A DNA stretch of 64,000 nucleotides from a virus (Duplodnaviria; Heunggongvirae; Uroviricota; Caudoviricetes). How positions within the stretch are numbered: the first letter of the stretch is position 1; every line of letters starts with the position of its first letter. The DNA is taken from positions 13,223 to 77,222 of IMG/VR virus record IMGVR_UViG_3300033066_001253; one strand, written 5' to 3'. Shown here in pieces: positions 19,423 through 28,977 of this stretch. Under the pieces are notes generated by a model. The model made no database searches. It was not told the origin of the DNA and saw only the letters and a list, made by a program, of their open reading frames with translations. The position numbers were made by a program, and so were the translations under genes.

Positions 19423-20121
19423 ATGGATAATTTCAACTACATAGAATATTTAAAGAATAATCCTTTATTAAAGAAGAATTTATTAAATGAAATAACTCTT
19501 AAAAAAGCCCAAGAATATATTTATAATAATTTATATGATAAAGAAACCTTATCTTATGCTCCTGATTTTTATTTAAAACAATCAGAGGAAATGGCTGCTG
19601 ATTTTTTAAAATTCCAAGATAACTTACATGAAAAAGATATATATAAATATAAAGACTGGGATGATTTGGATGATGTGATAAGACATGCAAAAAATACAAA
19701 ATCCCAAAAAAAAATAAAAGCTGGTAAAGTAGATCCTAAAGATTTAAATGATCCTAATCTAATATATAATAAAGATAATATAAGAATATATAAAGCTCCT
19801 ACTAGAAAAGATGCTATAAAATATGGTTGTCACACTAATATGTGTATATCTTCTAGAGGATCAGGTGAAGAAAATTTTTGGAAACCTAATACAGCTCAAG
19901 GAGAAAAATTTTTCTTCATATTTAATGACAAACTAGAAGAAAACAATCCTAAATTTACACTTACTCTTAGGATTTTGAAATTAGAAAATGAATATGAATA
20001 TTCTATATTTTCTCAATTCAATAATCTTACTCCTTTATATCAAGGAACTAATTATAATAAATTATCTTCAATCCTACCTCAATTAAAATCATTAGAATCT
20101 TTATTTAATAAAAATATGTAG
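19423..20121 (+). CDS. hypothetical protein
   Basis: 232-aa ORF. Confidence 0.4.
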   Translation: MDNFNYIEYLKNNPLLKKNLLNEITLKKAQEYIYNNLYDKETLSYAPDFYLKQSEEMAADFLKFQDNLHEKDIYKYKDWDDLDDVIRHAKNTKSQKKIKAGKVDPKDLNDPNLIYNKDNIRIYKAPTRKDAIKYGCHTNMCISSRGSGEENFWKPNTAQGEKFFFIFNDKLEENNPKFTLTLRILKLENEYEYSIFSQFNNLTPLYQGTNYNKLSSILPQLKSLESLFNKNM

Positions 20122-20178
20122 AAATCTCTAATCTTGGCTCTTAAATAAAGGTTTTGTATATTTATTAAAATTAAAGTT

Positions 20179-20358
20179 ATGGAAAATCATATTGAAAAAG
20201 ATGGATTTAAAGTTTGGATGTTTAAAGGAAATCCAATGTTATTTCCTAAAGATTGGACTATAGATGATATTGTTGCTTTTGGTAAAACTGAAAGAATATG
20301 TCCTATTTGTGGAGAAAAAGAAATCCCACCACATCATTTTACTTCACATTTAAAATAA
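20179..20358 (+). CDS. hypothetical small Cys-containing protein
   Basis: 59-aa ORF with CPICGE motif. It precedes the AAGTTATG start of the next gene. Confidence 0.25.
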   Translation: MENHIEKDGFKVWMFKGNPMLFPKDWTIDDIVAFGKTERICPICGEKEIPPHHFTSHLK

Positions 20359-20366
20359 AACAAGTT

Positions 20367-21191
20367 ATGATAAAATACAAACACAAACCCTCAGGAGATT
20401 GGGTAGAAGAATCTAATGATCATTATTACGTACTCCAATCAGATGGAAGACCAATTCCTAGACATCTAATAGAAAATTGTAGTGATTGGGAAGTATATGT
20501 TAAAACTTCAACTCCTACAACAGCAGAAGAATTCAATGAAAAATATAAAGATTATCTTGGAAAAGGACACTATGGTTTGGATCTAGGACATCCTGAAGCT
20601 ATAAAATATCTTGATGAAGAATTTCAAACTTTAACTAAAATAGAAGGATTCAAATATTCTCAAATTAAATCAAAATTTAATAGTTTTAGATTTTATGCTG
20701 ATAATTTACCTGAAGGTAAATCTATAGAAATAGAAAAAAATCTATATAAAATATATAATCCAGAACCTAAACCACAACCAAAGGATCGAAGATTAATCGT
20801 ATCCAGAATCCAAACCCCAGACGGTACAATCCTCACCTCATATCATAGACATGATTATGTAATTCATTTAGATAAAAATGGAGAAGAATATATGTTAGAT
20901 GGAGGTAATGATTATCAAAGAAGATCAGTGAATAAAGTACCTGCAACTGATCTATCAGTTTACTCAGATGCTCCTTTTGAAGTAATTAGAGAAGTATTTT
21001 GTAGAGGTGGGAGAGGTAAAGATGGAAAACAACCATTAACATGGGTTCCAATGTCTAAAATGAGTAATAGTTGGTTAGAGGCTTGTATTGTTTACAATGA
21101 AGAGAGAGGAATGGGTGAATCATTCGCAAGTCAAATGTATGAGAAAGAATTGGATTACAGAAAAGAAAATAATATTGTTATAGAGGATTAA
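20367..21191 (+). CDS. hypothetical protein
   Basis: Track ORF 20298-21191 trimmed to the internal ATG at 20367 (CAAGTTATGA context). Shares an about 60-aa domain with ORF 21687-21944. Confidence 0.4.
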   Translation: MIKYKHKPSGDWVEESNDHYYVLQSDGRPIPRHLIENCSDWEVYVKTSTPTTAEEFNEKYKDYLGKGHYGLDLGHPEAIKYLDEEFQTLTKIEGFKYSQIKSKFNSFRFYADNLPEGKSIEIEKNLYKIYNPEPKPQPKDRRLIVSRIQTPDGTILTSYHRHDYVIHLDKNGEEYMLDGGNDYQRRSVNKVPATDLSVYSDAPFEVIREVFCRGGRGKDGKQPLTWVPMSKMSNSWLEACIVYNEERGMGESFASQMYEKELDYRKENNIVIED

Positions 21192-21382
21192 AATTATGGA
21201 TATAAAAATGAAAATTGAATCTAATAAAAATTCAATTAATATTGAAAATTTAAGTAATATGGAATTTGAAAAAGTAAGGTTATTGTTATATAATATATTT
21301 ACTTTCTCCGGAGATGATAAATCAAAGAATGAATTATCATCTAAAACTATTATAGATTTAATGAAACCTTCATAAAATTATT

Positions 21383-21682
21383 ATGGAAAAATTAACAACA
21401 TTTGTAAATCGTATGAAAAAACTCAATATTGAAATTGAGTTAGCAGGAAATTATCCTTGGGTTTATATTAATAAAATAAATGATAAAAGAGTTATTGAAC
21501 AATTTGAAGCTAATCATGGTTTTACAATTATATTCCAACCAGTTGATAAAAATGAATTCACAGATATAACTGAAATATTTAATTTAATTAGAAAATATAT
21601 TAGTTGTGAGAGGTGTGGTAGTTTGAGATCACATAAAATGGATTGTGGATATGCTAGAACAATAATACATTTAAATAAATAA
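21383..21682 (+). CDS. hypothetical protein
   Basis: 99-aa ORF. Confidence 0.35.
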   Translation: MEKLTTFVNRMKKLNIEIELAGNYPWVYINKINDKRVIEQFEANHGFTIIFQPVDKNEFTDITEIFNLIRKYISCERCGSLRSHKMDCGYARTIIHLNK

Positions 21683-21686
21683 AGTT

Positions 21687-21944
21687 ATGACTTCAATACA
21701 ATTCAATGAAAAATATAAAGATTATTTATCTGAAGGACATTATGGTTTAGCTTTAGAAGATAAAGATATGATCAATTATTTAGATAAAGAATTTCAAGAA
21801 TTAATTAAAATTCCAAATTTCAAATATTCTCAAATTAAACAAAAGTTTGAATGGTTTAGGTTTTATGCTAAAGAATTATCATTAGATAAAATAGATGAAA
21901 TAGAACATAATTTAAGATTAATCCAATTAAGTAAATATGAATAA
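21687..21944 (+). CDS. hypothetical protein, paralog of the N-terminal domain of 20367-21191
   Basis: FNEKYKDYL.(E/K)GHYGL ... YLD(K/E)EFQ.L.KI..FKYSQIK.KF..FRFYA is shared with the 20367 gene. Confidence 0.4.
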   Translation: MTSIQFNEKYKDYLSEGHYGLALEDKDMINYLDKEFQELIKIPNFKYSQIKQKFEWFRFYAKELSLDKIDEIEHNLRLIQLSKYE

Positions 21945-22167
21945 AGAACAAGAGAAAGCTAGAGAATTGACTAGTAAATTTCTTCATGAAACTAATGTTT
22001 ATTTCCCTGATAATCAAATTTCATATAAACAAGCTAAACATATGGCTGCAATATGTGTAAGAGAAATTATTTTAGGATATGAGTTTGATTCATTAGTTAT
22101 AGAACATGAACGAATAATGGATAAAATTAATTATTGGGATGAAGTAGAAAAAATTTTAAATTTATAA
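21937..22167 (+). CDS. hypothetical protein
   Basis: 76-aa ORF overlapping the upstream stop. Confidence 0.35.
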   Translation: MNKEQEKARELTSKFLHETNVYFPDNQISYKQAKHMAAICVREIILGYEFDSLVIEHERIMDKINYWDEVEKILNL

Positions 22168-22270
22168 TCATGACTCTACTTTTTATAATTCTTAAATTAA
22201 CAGAACATACTGATATTAGTTGGTGGTGGATTTTATTATTTATTTTATTAGATTCAAATAGAGATTAAAT

Positions 22271-22450
22271 TATGAAACTTACAATAAAAACAGATGAAAT
22301 AGAAATGACTGTTGAACAAGATTTAGGTTCAATGGGAAGTAAATATTCTGAAATCAATGATAATTTTGTGAATGTTATAAAAAATCTTATTGAAAAATGT
22401 TCTATTGAAAGTCAAAATATAATTAATAAAAGAAACACCTCTCATGAATA
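22271..22450 (+). CDS. hypothetical small protein
   Basis: 59-aa ORF whose stop overlaps the GT2 start (ATGAATAA). Confidence 0.25.
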
Positions 22451-23214
22451 AAATTTCAGTAATAATTCCAACATATAAATCTCCAGATTCTCTAGACCTC
22501 TGCCTTAAATCCCTCATCGAAGGTCAAGCTAATAAAAATCAACTATTAGTAGTAGTAGATGGTCATTATGACTTGAATAAAGATGTTCTTGAAAAATATA
22601 AAGAACACATTAATATATTGGATCTTCCTGAAAATCAGGGACTCAGTCGAGCAACCAATTTAGGTGTATATAATACGTTGTATGACCGTATATTAATAAT
22701 TAATGATGATAATGTCGCTTGTGAATTTTGGGATGAAAAATTAAATAAACATTATGATAGAAATCCTAACTCTGTTATATCTCCAAATCAAGTAGAACCT
22801 ACACCTAGTATGTTTTCTCAATTTTTAATTAAAGATTTAGGTAGGGATCCTAAAACTTTTAATTTAAACCAATTTAACAATTATTTAAAATCATTTTCTA
22901 ATCCAACCAGAACTTTAGATAATACAGGTTCAACATTGCCTATCTTTATGAATAAAACAGATTATTTAAGAGTTGGAGGATGGGATGAAAATTATGAATT
23001 AGGTCTTGTGAGTGACTGGGACTTTTTCCTCAAATGTCAACTTTCAGGATTAAAAATGTTAAGACTTTATACTTGTAGTTTTTATCATTTCACCTCATTA
23101 TCAGTCAATGGAGAAAAACGAAGACAAGCTGAAATAAATGCTCATGAATATGCAAGATATAAGTGGGGGAAATATATTTCTCACGACCCAATTACAAATT
23201 TAAAATATTTATAG
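22444..23214 (+). CDS. glycosyltransferase family 2
   Basis: 256 aa. ISVIIPTYKSPDSLDLCLKSL ... LLVVVDG is the canonical GT2 N-terminal signature. Confidence 0.75.
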   Translation: MNKISVIIPTYKSPDSLDLCLKSLIEGQANKNQLLVVVDGHYDLNKDVLEKYKEHINILDLPENQGLSRATNLGVYNTLYDRILIINDDNVACEFWDEKLNKHYDRNPNSVISPNQVEPTPSMFSQFLIKDLGRDPKTFNLNQFNNYLKSFSNPTRTLDNTGSTLPIFMNKTDYLRVGGWDENYELGLVSDWDFFLKCQLSGLKMLRLYTCSFYHFTSLSVNGEKRRQAEINAHEYARYKWGKYISHDPITNLKYL

Positions 23215-23255
23215 AAAAGCTTGTTTTTTAAAATATAAATTTATATATTTACCTT

Positions 23256-23573
23256 ATGAAAGATAATAAAACTAACATACACACTCCACTCTCAATCGTT
23301 CTCCAATTTGATGAACCAAAAGAATTAGAAAATTTATATAAAAGTAAAGATTTTAATAAACTAATTTATGAGGAAACAGAGAAAACACTTGATTTTATTA
23401 TTAAAAATAAACCTGAAAAAATAGATTTATTCAAATTAACTAATATTGGATTAATGGTTTCAGTGTCAAAAGATGGATATAGTGATTTGATAGATAATGT
23501 AATTAAATACTATGAAGGTAGTAATAATTATGAAAAATGTAGTGAATTAATTAAATTAAAAGAACAATTATGA
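23256..23573 (+). CDS. hypothetical protein
   Basis: 105-aa ORF. Confidence 0.35.
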   Translation: MKDNKTNIHTPLSIVLQFDEPKELENLYKSKDFNKLIYEETEKTLDFIIKNKPEKIDLFKLTNIGLMVSVSKDGYSDLIDNVIKYYEGSNNYEKCSELIKLKEQL

Positions 23574-23731
23574 CAACATTCGGATATTATTCAAATTCAG
23601 ATCCTACTGAAGAAATTATTACTAAAAAACAATTTAGATGTTGGATTGAAGCATTAATGTATTGGTGTGGGGTAAAACAACTAGATGCTGGTCAATTTAC
23701 TAATTTGTTTACTATAAAAGAGATTAAATGA
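23570..23731 (+). CDS. hypothetical small protein
   Basis: 53-aa ORF with ATGA overlaps at both ends. Confidence 0.25.
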   Translation: MTTFGYYSNSDPTEEIITKKQFRCWIEALMYWCGVKQLDAGQFTNLFTIKEIK

Positions 23732-24174
23732 AAGCACGCAACAAAATAAAAGAAATATTTTCCAAAATGTTAAGTCCTAAAATTGAACTTAACAACACAG
23801 AACTAGAATTTGAAGGTGAAGATATAGAAAAAGAATTATTCGTTTCTATGGTTCAAAGTTGGTCACATGCCTGGAAACAACAAAATACTTTATTTAGTAA
23901 ATATGGTATTGATTTTTCAGGTTATGATAATTTATTATATAGTTCAATAGAGAAATCTGTTATATTATTATTTGGACATACCAAAGCTCAAATAGTAAAT
24001 ACATTTGTTTATAGTAGTCTTAATTTAGAAGAAGATTCACTTAAAATAACTGATAAAAATAATCTTTCATATTTTATATCATCTCCAGAAGAATTATTTG
24101 ATTTTTGTGTTTTGGTAAATGATAAAGATTTATATGAAGATGATGAACAAGATGATAATGAAGAAGAAAAATAA
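23728..24174 (+). CDS. hypothetical protein with acidic C-terminus
   Basis: 148 aa ending in EDDEQDDNEEEK. Confidence 0.35.
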   Translation: MKARNKIKEIFSKMLSPKIELNNTELEFEGEDIEKELFVSMVQSWSHAWKQQNTLFSKYGIDFSGYDNLLYSSIEKSVILLFGHTKAQIVNTFVYSSLNLEEDSLKITDKNNLSYFISSPEELFDFCVLVNDKDLYEDDEQDDNEEEK

Positions 24175-24177
24175 ATT

Positions 24178-24483
24178 ATGACAAAAAACTTACAACCAAT
24201 CCCATCAGGTATCCCTTGCAAACATTGCACAGAAGATATTCCTCAACAACGCATTAACGCTTGTCCAGGAACAACAACTTGTGTTAAATGCTCTGATGTA
24301 AAAACTAAAAAACCTATTACTTTACAAAAAGGAACAGGTGATGATACTTACACTGAAACTATCATAGTTGATGATGAAACTTACCAAAAACATCTTCAAA
24401 TAGAAATGGCTAATAGAAGAGCTTTAGGAATAGTTGATCATAAATTAGAAGATGAGAAACCTAAAACAGATGAAAAAATATAA
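24178..24483 (+). CDS. DksA/TraR-family C4 zinc-finger protein
   Basis: 101 aa. CKHCTEDIPQQRINACPGTTTCVKC fits the C..C.x.I...R......C..C signature. Confidence 0.5.
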   Translation: MTKNLQPIPSGIPCKHCTEDIPQQRINACPGTTTCVKCSDVKTKKPITLQKGTGDDTYTETIIVDDETYQKHLQIEMANRRALGIVDHKLEDEKPKTDEKI

Positions 24484-24486
24484 ATA

Positions 24487-25140
24487 ATGCCTTTAGCTAA
24501 ACCTCTCTCAAAATCCCAAATTCTAAGTGCTATGGATAATACACTTAGTAATTTTGCTGCAGCACGTTATTTAAATTGCTCTTATAATCATTATAAGCGT
24601 TATGCTAAATTATATGTTGATGAAGAGACAGGCCAAACATTATTCCAAAAACATCTAAATGCTTCTGGAAAAGGTATTCCTAAATTTATAAAAGGATATA
24701 GTCTTAGTAGTTATCCAATTATGGATATTATTGAAGGAAGAGTAAATAGTGATCATTTCAGTCCTAATAAAATAAAGGATGCAATGATTAGAGAAGGTTT
24801 ATTAGAAGAAAAATGTTCTAATTGTAATTTTACAGAACGTAGAGTATTAGATTTTAAGATGCCTTTATTAATGCATTTCAAAGATAATAATAAAAAGAAC
24901 TATTTTCCAAACAACATAGACTTATATTGTTATAATTGTTATTTTTTAAATATTGGAGATGTATTTACTCCAAAACAAGAATTAACAATTCAAGATCATA
25001 AATCAGTAGTAATGAATGATGTTGAGTGGGAATTAGATGAATATCATAAAGCTCAATTAGATGAGATTATTATGAGACATAATCCAACTCCATCAGGAAG
25101 TGCAGATGATGATCCTTACAGCTTAGTTTCTAGAATATAA
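24487..25140 (+). CDS. hypothetical Cys-rich protein
   Basis: 217 aa with CSNC ... CYNC pairs. Confidence 0.35.
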   Translation: MPLAKPLSKSQILSAMDNTLSNFAAARYLNCSYNHYKRYAKLYVDEETGQTLFQKHLNASGKGIPKFIKGYSLSSYPIMDIIEGRVNSDHFSPNKIKDAMIREGLLEEKCSNCNFTERRVLDFKMPLLMHFKDNNKKNYFPNNIDLYCYNCYFLNIGDVFTPKQELTIQDHKSVVMNDVEWELDEYHKAQLDEIIMRHNPTPSGSADDDPYSLVSRI

Positions 25141-25317
25141 TGGCAAAAAAAAAGGTAAAAAATCGAAAACTGAACGTCATGAGGCCTTGTTAAAGGATTA
25201 TGATAAAGCTAAGCAAGACAAATTAGAAAAAATTGCTGATAAAATGTTAAAACATGATAGTAAAAATCAACAATTGAAAAATAAAAATGTTAATCCTAAA
25301 TTTTTAGATTTATTTTA
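25140..25317 (+). other. small basic protein ORF interrupted at an A9 tract (frameshift or slippage site)
   Basis: ATG at 25140 overlaps the upstream TAA. After the A9 run (25145-25153) the clean coding frame (..KTERHEALLKDYDKAKQDKLEKIADKMLKHD ... LDLF*) is +1 relative to the ATG. An A10 would restore a 59-aa ORF. Confidence 0.35.
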
Positions 25318-25608
25318 ATGAACAGAGAATTTAAAATAAAAAACAAAGAAAGTTTTGATGAAGAAATAGAAGGAAACTTAGAAATTTCAAATCTAATAGT
25401 TAATACTATTCTAGATAATATCAATACAACTAAAAAACACATTTATGCTTTAAGTATTATTTTAGAAGATACAGGTGAAGGTTATGATTTTACTATAAAT
25501 AGAGATAGCTTTCGTGATACTTTAAATAAAAATTTATATATTCAAGAAAGATATGAGCAGTATGAAGTTTGTAATAAAATTTTAAAAGCTTTAGAAAAAT
25601 TAAATTAA
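25318..25608 (+). CDS. hypothetical protein
   Basis: 96-aa ORF. Confidence 0.35.
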   Translation: MNREFKIKNKESFDEEIEGNLEISNLIVNTILDNINTTKKHIYALSIILEDTGEGYDFTINRDSFRDTLNKNLYIQERYEQYEVCNKILKALEKLN

Positions 25609-25673
25609 AAAAATCGTTGTTTATAAAATAAAATTTCATATATTTAACTTATAAATTAAATAAATAAAAAGTT

Positions 25674-25994
25674 ATGAAAATAGGTAATAAAACAAAGTTG
25701 TATTTAAGAAAAATATTCCAATACTCACTCCTAGTAGTAATGTTTGGAATTGGATTTACAACTAAATCATTTAGTGATAAATTAAAACGACCAGAACCAA
25801 AACCAAACCCATACTCTCAAATTTATTCAACTAAAGATATATCAATTGCAGTTGATGCATCAAATAGTTTATTGATGGTTACTAAAAATACAGGTGAATA
25901 TATTGTTTATTCTGATTCAGTTGGACAAACAATTTTCAAAATGTATGCTAATAGAATTTATCAACAAAATATAAATAATACTGAAATTAAATAA
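25674..25994 (+). CDS. hypothetical membrane-anchored protein
   Basis: 106 aa. Hydrophobic N-terminal segment; conserved promoter-like motif upstream (25646-25660). Confidence 0.4.
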   Translation: MKIGNKTKLYLRKIFQYSLLVVMFGIGFTTKSFSDKLKRPEPKPNPYSQIYSTKDISIAVDASNSLLMVTKNTGEYIVYSDSVGQTIFKMYANRIYQQNINNTEIK

Positions 25995-25995
25995 T

Positions 25996-26295
25996 ATGAA
26001 AAAACTAATTTTAATCTTATTATTGTTTTGTTCATTACAATCAATATCTCAAAAATCATATGGTTATAGTACTTCAGATAAAAAAGAATTTGGAGCAGCT
26101 ATGATTGTTGGAGGTGTAAGTTTATCAACTGCAATGATTCTAGAAGATGCTCATTCATATGGAACTTATAATCAAACAACAAAAAATAGTGTGACTTATG
26201 TAACACCTCCATTCTATAAACAATTTCCGAAAAACGTATTTTTTGTAGTTGGAATTGGATTTACAATAACAGGATTATTAAGTTTAAAACATTAG
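25996..26295 (+). CDS. hypothetical secreted/membrane protein
   Basis: 99 aa. Signal-peptide-like MKKLILILLLFCSLQSIS and a C-terminal hydrophobic segment. Confidence 0.4.
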   Translation: MKKLILILLLFCSLQSISQKSYGYSTSDKKEFGAAMIVGGVSLSTAMILEDAHSYGTYNQTTKNSVTYVTPPFYKQFPKNVFFVVGIGFTITGLLSLKH

Positions 26296-26418
26296 CCCGA
26301 AGTACAAGGGATCGAAGATAGATTTAACCCTCTGGCTTAGAAATAAGTGAATACGGAAGTCTCTAAATCGTAGGTTAGCACAGTTTGTAACTCTGGGGAT
26401 ATTTGAAAAGTTACATTT

Positions 26419-26493
26419 GGTCCTTTCGCCAAGTTGGTTAAGGCACTTCACTCATAATGAAGAGATACACAGGTTCAACTCCTGTAGGGACCA
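26419..26493 (+). tRNA. tRNA-Met (anticodon CAT; elongator Met or Ile-lysidine type)
   Basis: Manual cloverleaf. Acceptor GGTCCTT/AGGGACC (7 bp, one G-U). D-stem GCC/GGC. Anticodon stem CTTCA/TGAAG with loop CTCATAA. T-arm ACAGG-TTCAACT-CCTGT. Discriminator A; no encoded CCA. Confidence 0.7.
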
Positions 26494-27421
26494 CAAAAAA
26501 ACAAGTTAAAACGTATCGTCAAATCGTATCGTTGACTATAATAATTTCGGTTAGAAATTAGTTTGGGTTTAAGAAGAGCTCGTAGCTTAAATCATAGATA
26601 AGGATCAGGAGCTGTTATTAGGGGGTAATTACCTAATCGGAAAAATAAAGATCACTTGTTTTTTTACGTTCTTTGAAAAATTAAATTACTTGCTGAAGAT
26701 AAATAGAGAGCGGAAACGTGTACTTAATCATGCTAAGATGATGTTATTTATTGTAAGATATATTGGATATCAGAAGCTCCGAAAGGATGTCACTAAGCGT
26801 GTTTGAATCGCATATCATTAAATATATTCCACTTAGAAATGGACAAGTAATTTATATAAAATAGGTTAAACATTGATTCCTTGAATTATAAAGAGACTCT
26901 TAAACTGGAAAGATACCATAAGAGACGGTGGTATATGCTTTATAATCTAAAAATACTATCAGTAATGTTAGATGTGTTGTTCCCTTGAGAAAGGAATATT
27001 AAATGAAAGAGGGATACGAATTATAAAACTTAATCTCTACAACACAAATGAGCTCTCAGCAAAGTTATTACACGCTTCCCATAGAATCTGTGAAGTAAGA
27101 AGAGCAAAGTTATTTTAATGTAACTGGTGACTACACTCTTATGGAGAGGTAAGGATAATGAGAGGAATAATACGTCCTTTAATAATAATATGACCCTACC
27201 CTTTAGGAGGCCCTTATTTGGATAAGGAGAGCCTATAAAGCGAGGGTGCTAATAAAAAACAAATGTCTAAGAAAAAAATTACATATCCTTATTTTTATGA
27301 CTTAGTCATAGAGGATTATATTCTTCCTAAAAAGAAGAAAAAGAAATCTAAAAAGAAAAAGAAAAAATAGTCTTTGTTCTTAAAATAATATTTAGTATAT
27401 TTAACTTATAAATTAATAGAT

Positions 27422-27610
27422 ATGGGATTTTTAAGTGAAATAATAAAACAACAACCTCTAAATGAATTAAGAAAACCTTTCAATAGATTACAAAATTATT
27501 GGTTACCTGTAGGATTTAATGGTGTTGATTATCAAAAATCAAATTGTAAAAATTGTGGAGCCAATGAATATAAGGATAATAAATGTAAATACTGTGGAAC
27601 TAAACATTAA
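27422..27610 (+). CDS. zinc-ribbon small protein
   Basis: 62 aa. CKNCGANEYKDNKCKYCG. Confidence 0.35.
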   Translation: MGFLSEIIKQQPLNELRKPFNRLQNYWLPVGFNGVDYQKSNCKNCGANEYKDNKCKYCGTKH

Positions 27611-27613
27611 ATA

Positions 27614-28135
27614 ATGAATAAACTTAAATTCATAACAATATTTACAGCCATTATATTGTGTTTAACACTGTATATTAAATGCGATCATGATGAAGTCATA
27701 TACGATATTGATATTCAAAAAAACATTACTATAAACGATCCTCCATCGTTACAAATGTATTTCTATATAAAAAAATATGCTAAAATATATGATATTCCTG
27801 AAGAATATGCTTTTGGTTTAGCATATCAAGAAACAAGATATGCCGGACCTTTTCACTGGGATTACAACCATAAACAAAAATCATATGCTAATGCTTATGG
27901 ACCAATGCAAGTCCAAATTCCAACAGCTCGTGGTTTAAACAAAGATAATATTTCAGAAAAAATATTGACTGAAAATATAGAATATAATGTTATGACTTCT
28001 ATGAAGTTATTAAGAAGATTGAAGGATAAACATGGGGATTGGAGGTTGGTTTTTGGAGCATATAATTCAGGAAAACCTATTATAAATGATTATGCAATTA
28101 AAATTTATAATAAACAATATTACTGGGTAAAATGA
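27614..28135 (+). CDS. lytic transglycosylase (SLT domain) with N-terminal signal/anchor
   Basis: 173 aa. YQETRY (catalytic E-S/T), AYGPMQVQIPTARGL (GLMQ-like) and AYNSG match SLT-domain motifs. Hydrophobic N-terminus. Confidence 0.6.
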   Translation: MNKLKFITIFTAIILCLTLYIKCDHDEVIYDIDIQKNITINDPPSLQMYFYIKKYAKIYDIPEEYAFGLAYQETRYAGPFHWDYNHKQKSYANAYGPMQVQIPTARGLNKDNISEKILTENIEYNVMTSMKLLRRLKDKHGDWRLVFGAYNSGKPIINDYAIKIYNKQYYWVK

Positions 28136-28485
28136 GAGATAAAAAGGTTATAATAAGAAATAGTTGTGATATTTGTGGTAAGGTTTATGATAGAGTTCCA
28201 AACCATAATTCCCCAGAAACTAATATTGATTATTCTTCAAATATTAAGCTTCAACATAGAAGATATATAAATGAATTTCATTGGCAATTTGGACAACCAT
28301 CCAAATTACTTATAGCTAATAAATGGGTTGAAACCCCTGATGTTGTAACTACTGATTTAGAAGATATTTGTTTAGAATGTAGTGAATATATCATAACAAG
28401 AATTATAAGTGATTTATCTAATTGGAAAAATTGGCAAAAAATACCTACAAAATATTTAAAAGAATTTGAAAATAAAAATTTATAA
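28132..28485 (+). CDS. hypothetical Cys-containing protein
   Basis: 117 aa. CDICGK ... CLECSEY. Confidence 0.35.
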   Translation: MRDKKVIIRNSCDICGKVYDRVPNHNSPETNIDYSSNIKLQHRRYINEFHWQFGQPSKLLIANKWVETPDVVTTDLEDICLECSEYIITRIISDLSNWKNWQKIPTKYLKEFENKNL

Positions 28486-28488
28486 AAT

Positions 28489-28881
28489 ATGAAACTAAAA
28501 ACACTTATAAAATTAATTAAATCTGGTGAAATCACTGATAAACAACATATTGAAAATCTCATAAATAATTATGATGTTGGTGATAAAGGGTTATCATTTG
28601 AAGAATATTATCATATTCCAGGAGATTTCTTAGATGAAAAATTAAATTATATTTTAAAACAATGTAATTTTAAAGATAAAAAACAACCAAAACAACAAAA
28701 AATGACAAAGTCAAAATCAAGCTCAAGTAGCTCAAAAAGCAAAAAAGTATCAAAAGTAAAAATCGAAACAACCCCAAGCGGATCTTACCGTGTTCGTAAA
28801 TCTAAAAATGGAGTAGTTGTTAATCGTACTTTCTCTAAAAAGAAAGATGCCGTTACATTCCGTGATGCTTTTTATGCTTAA
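28489..28881 (+). CDS. hypothetical protein with Ser/Lys-rich linker and basic C-terminal domain (AP2-like?)
   Basis: 130 aa. C-terminal GSYRVRKSKNGVVVNRTFSKKKDAVTFRDA loosely resembles AP2/integrase-type DNA-binding domains. Confidence 0.35.
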   Translation: MKLKTLIKLIKSGEITDKQHIENLINNYDVGDKGLSFEEYYHIPGDFLDEKLNYILKQCNFKDKKQPKQQKMTKSKSSSSSSKSKKVSKVKIETTPSGSYRVRKSKNGVVVNRTFSKKKDAVTFRDAFYA

Positions 28882-28888
28882 AATTAAT

Positions 28889-28924
28889 TTTCCTCTCAAA
28901 CATTGGTTTGGGAGGAATTTTTTA
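28889..28924 (+). terminator. rho-independent terminator
   Basis: Hairpin TTCCTCTCAAAC-ATTG-GTTTGGGAGGAA (12 bp with one G-U) followed by TTTTTT. Confidence 0.6.
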
Positions 28925-28977
28925 AAATTGTCATTGTAAATTAAAATTAAGGTTGTATATTTAATAAAATAAAGATT

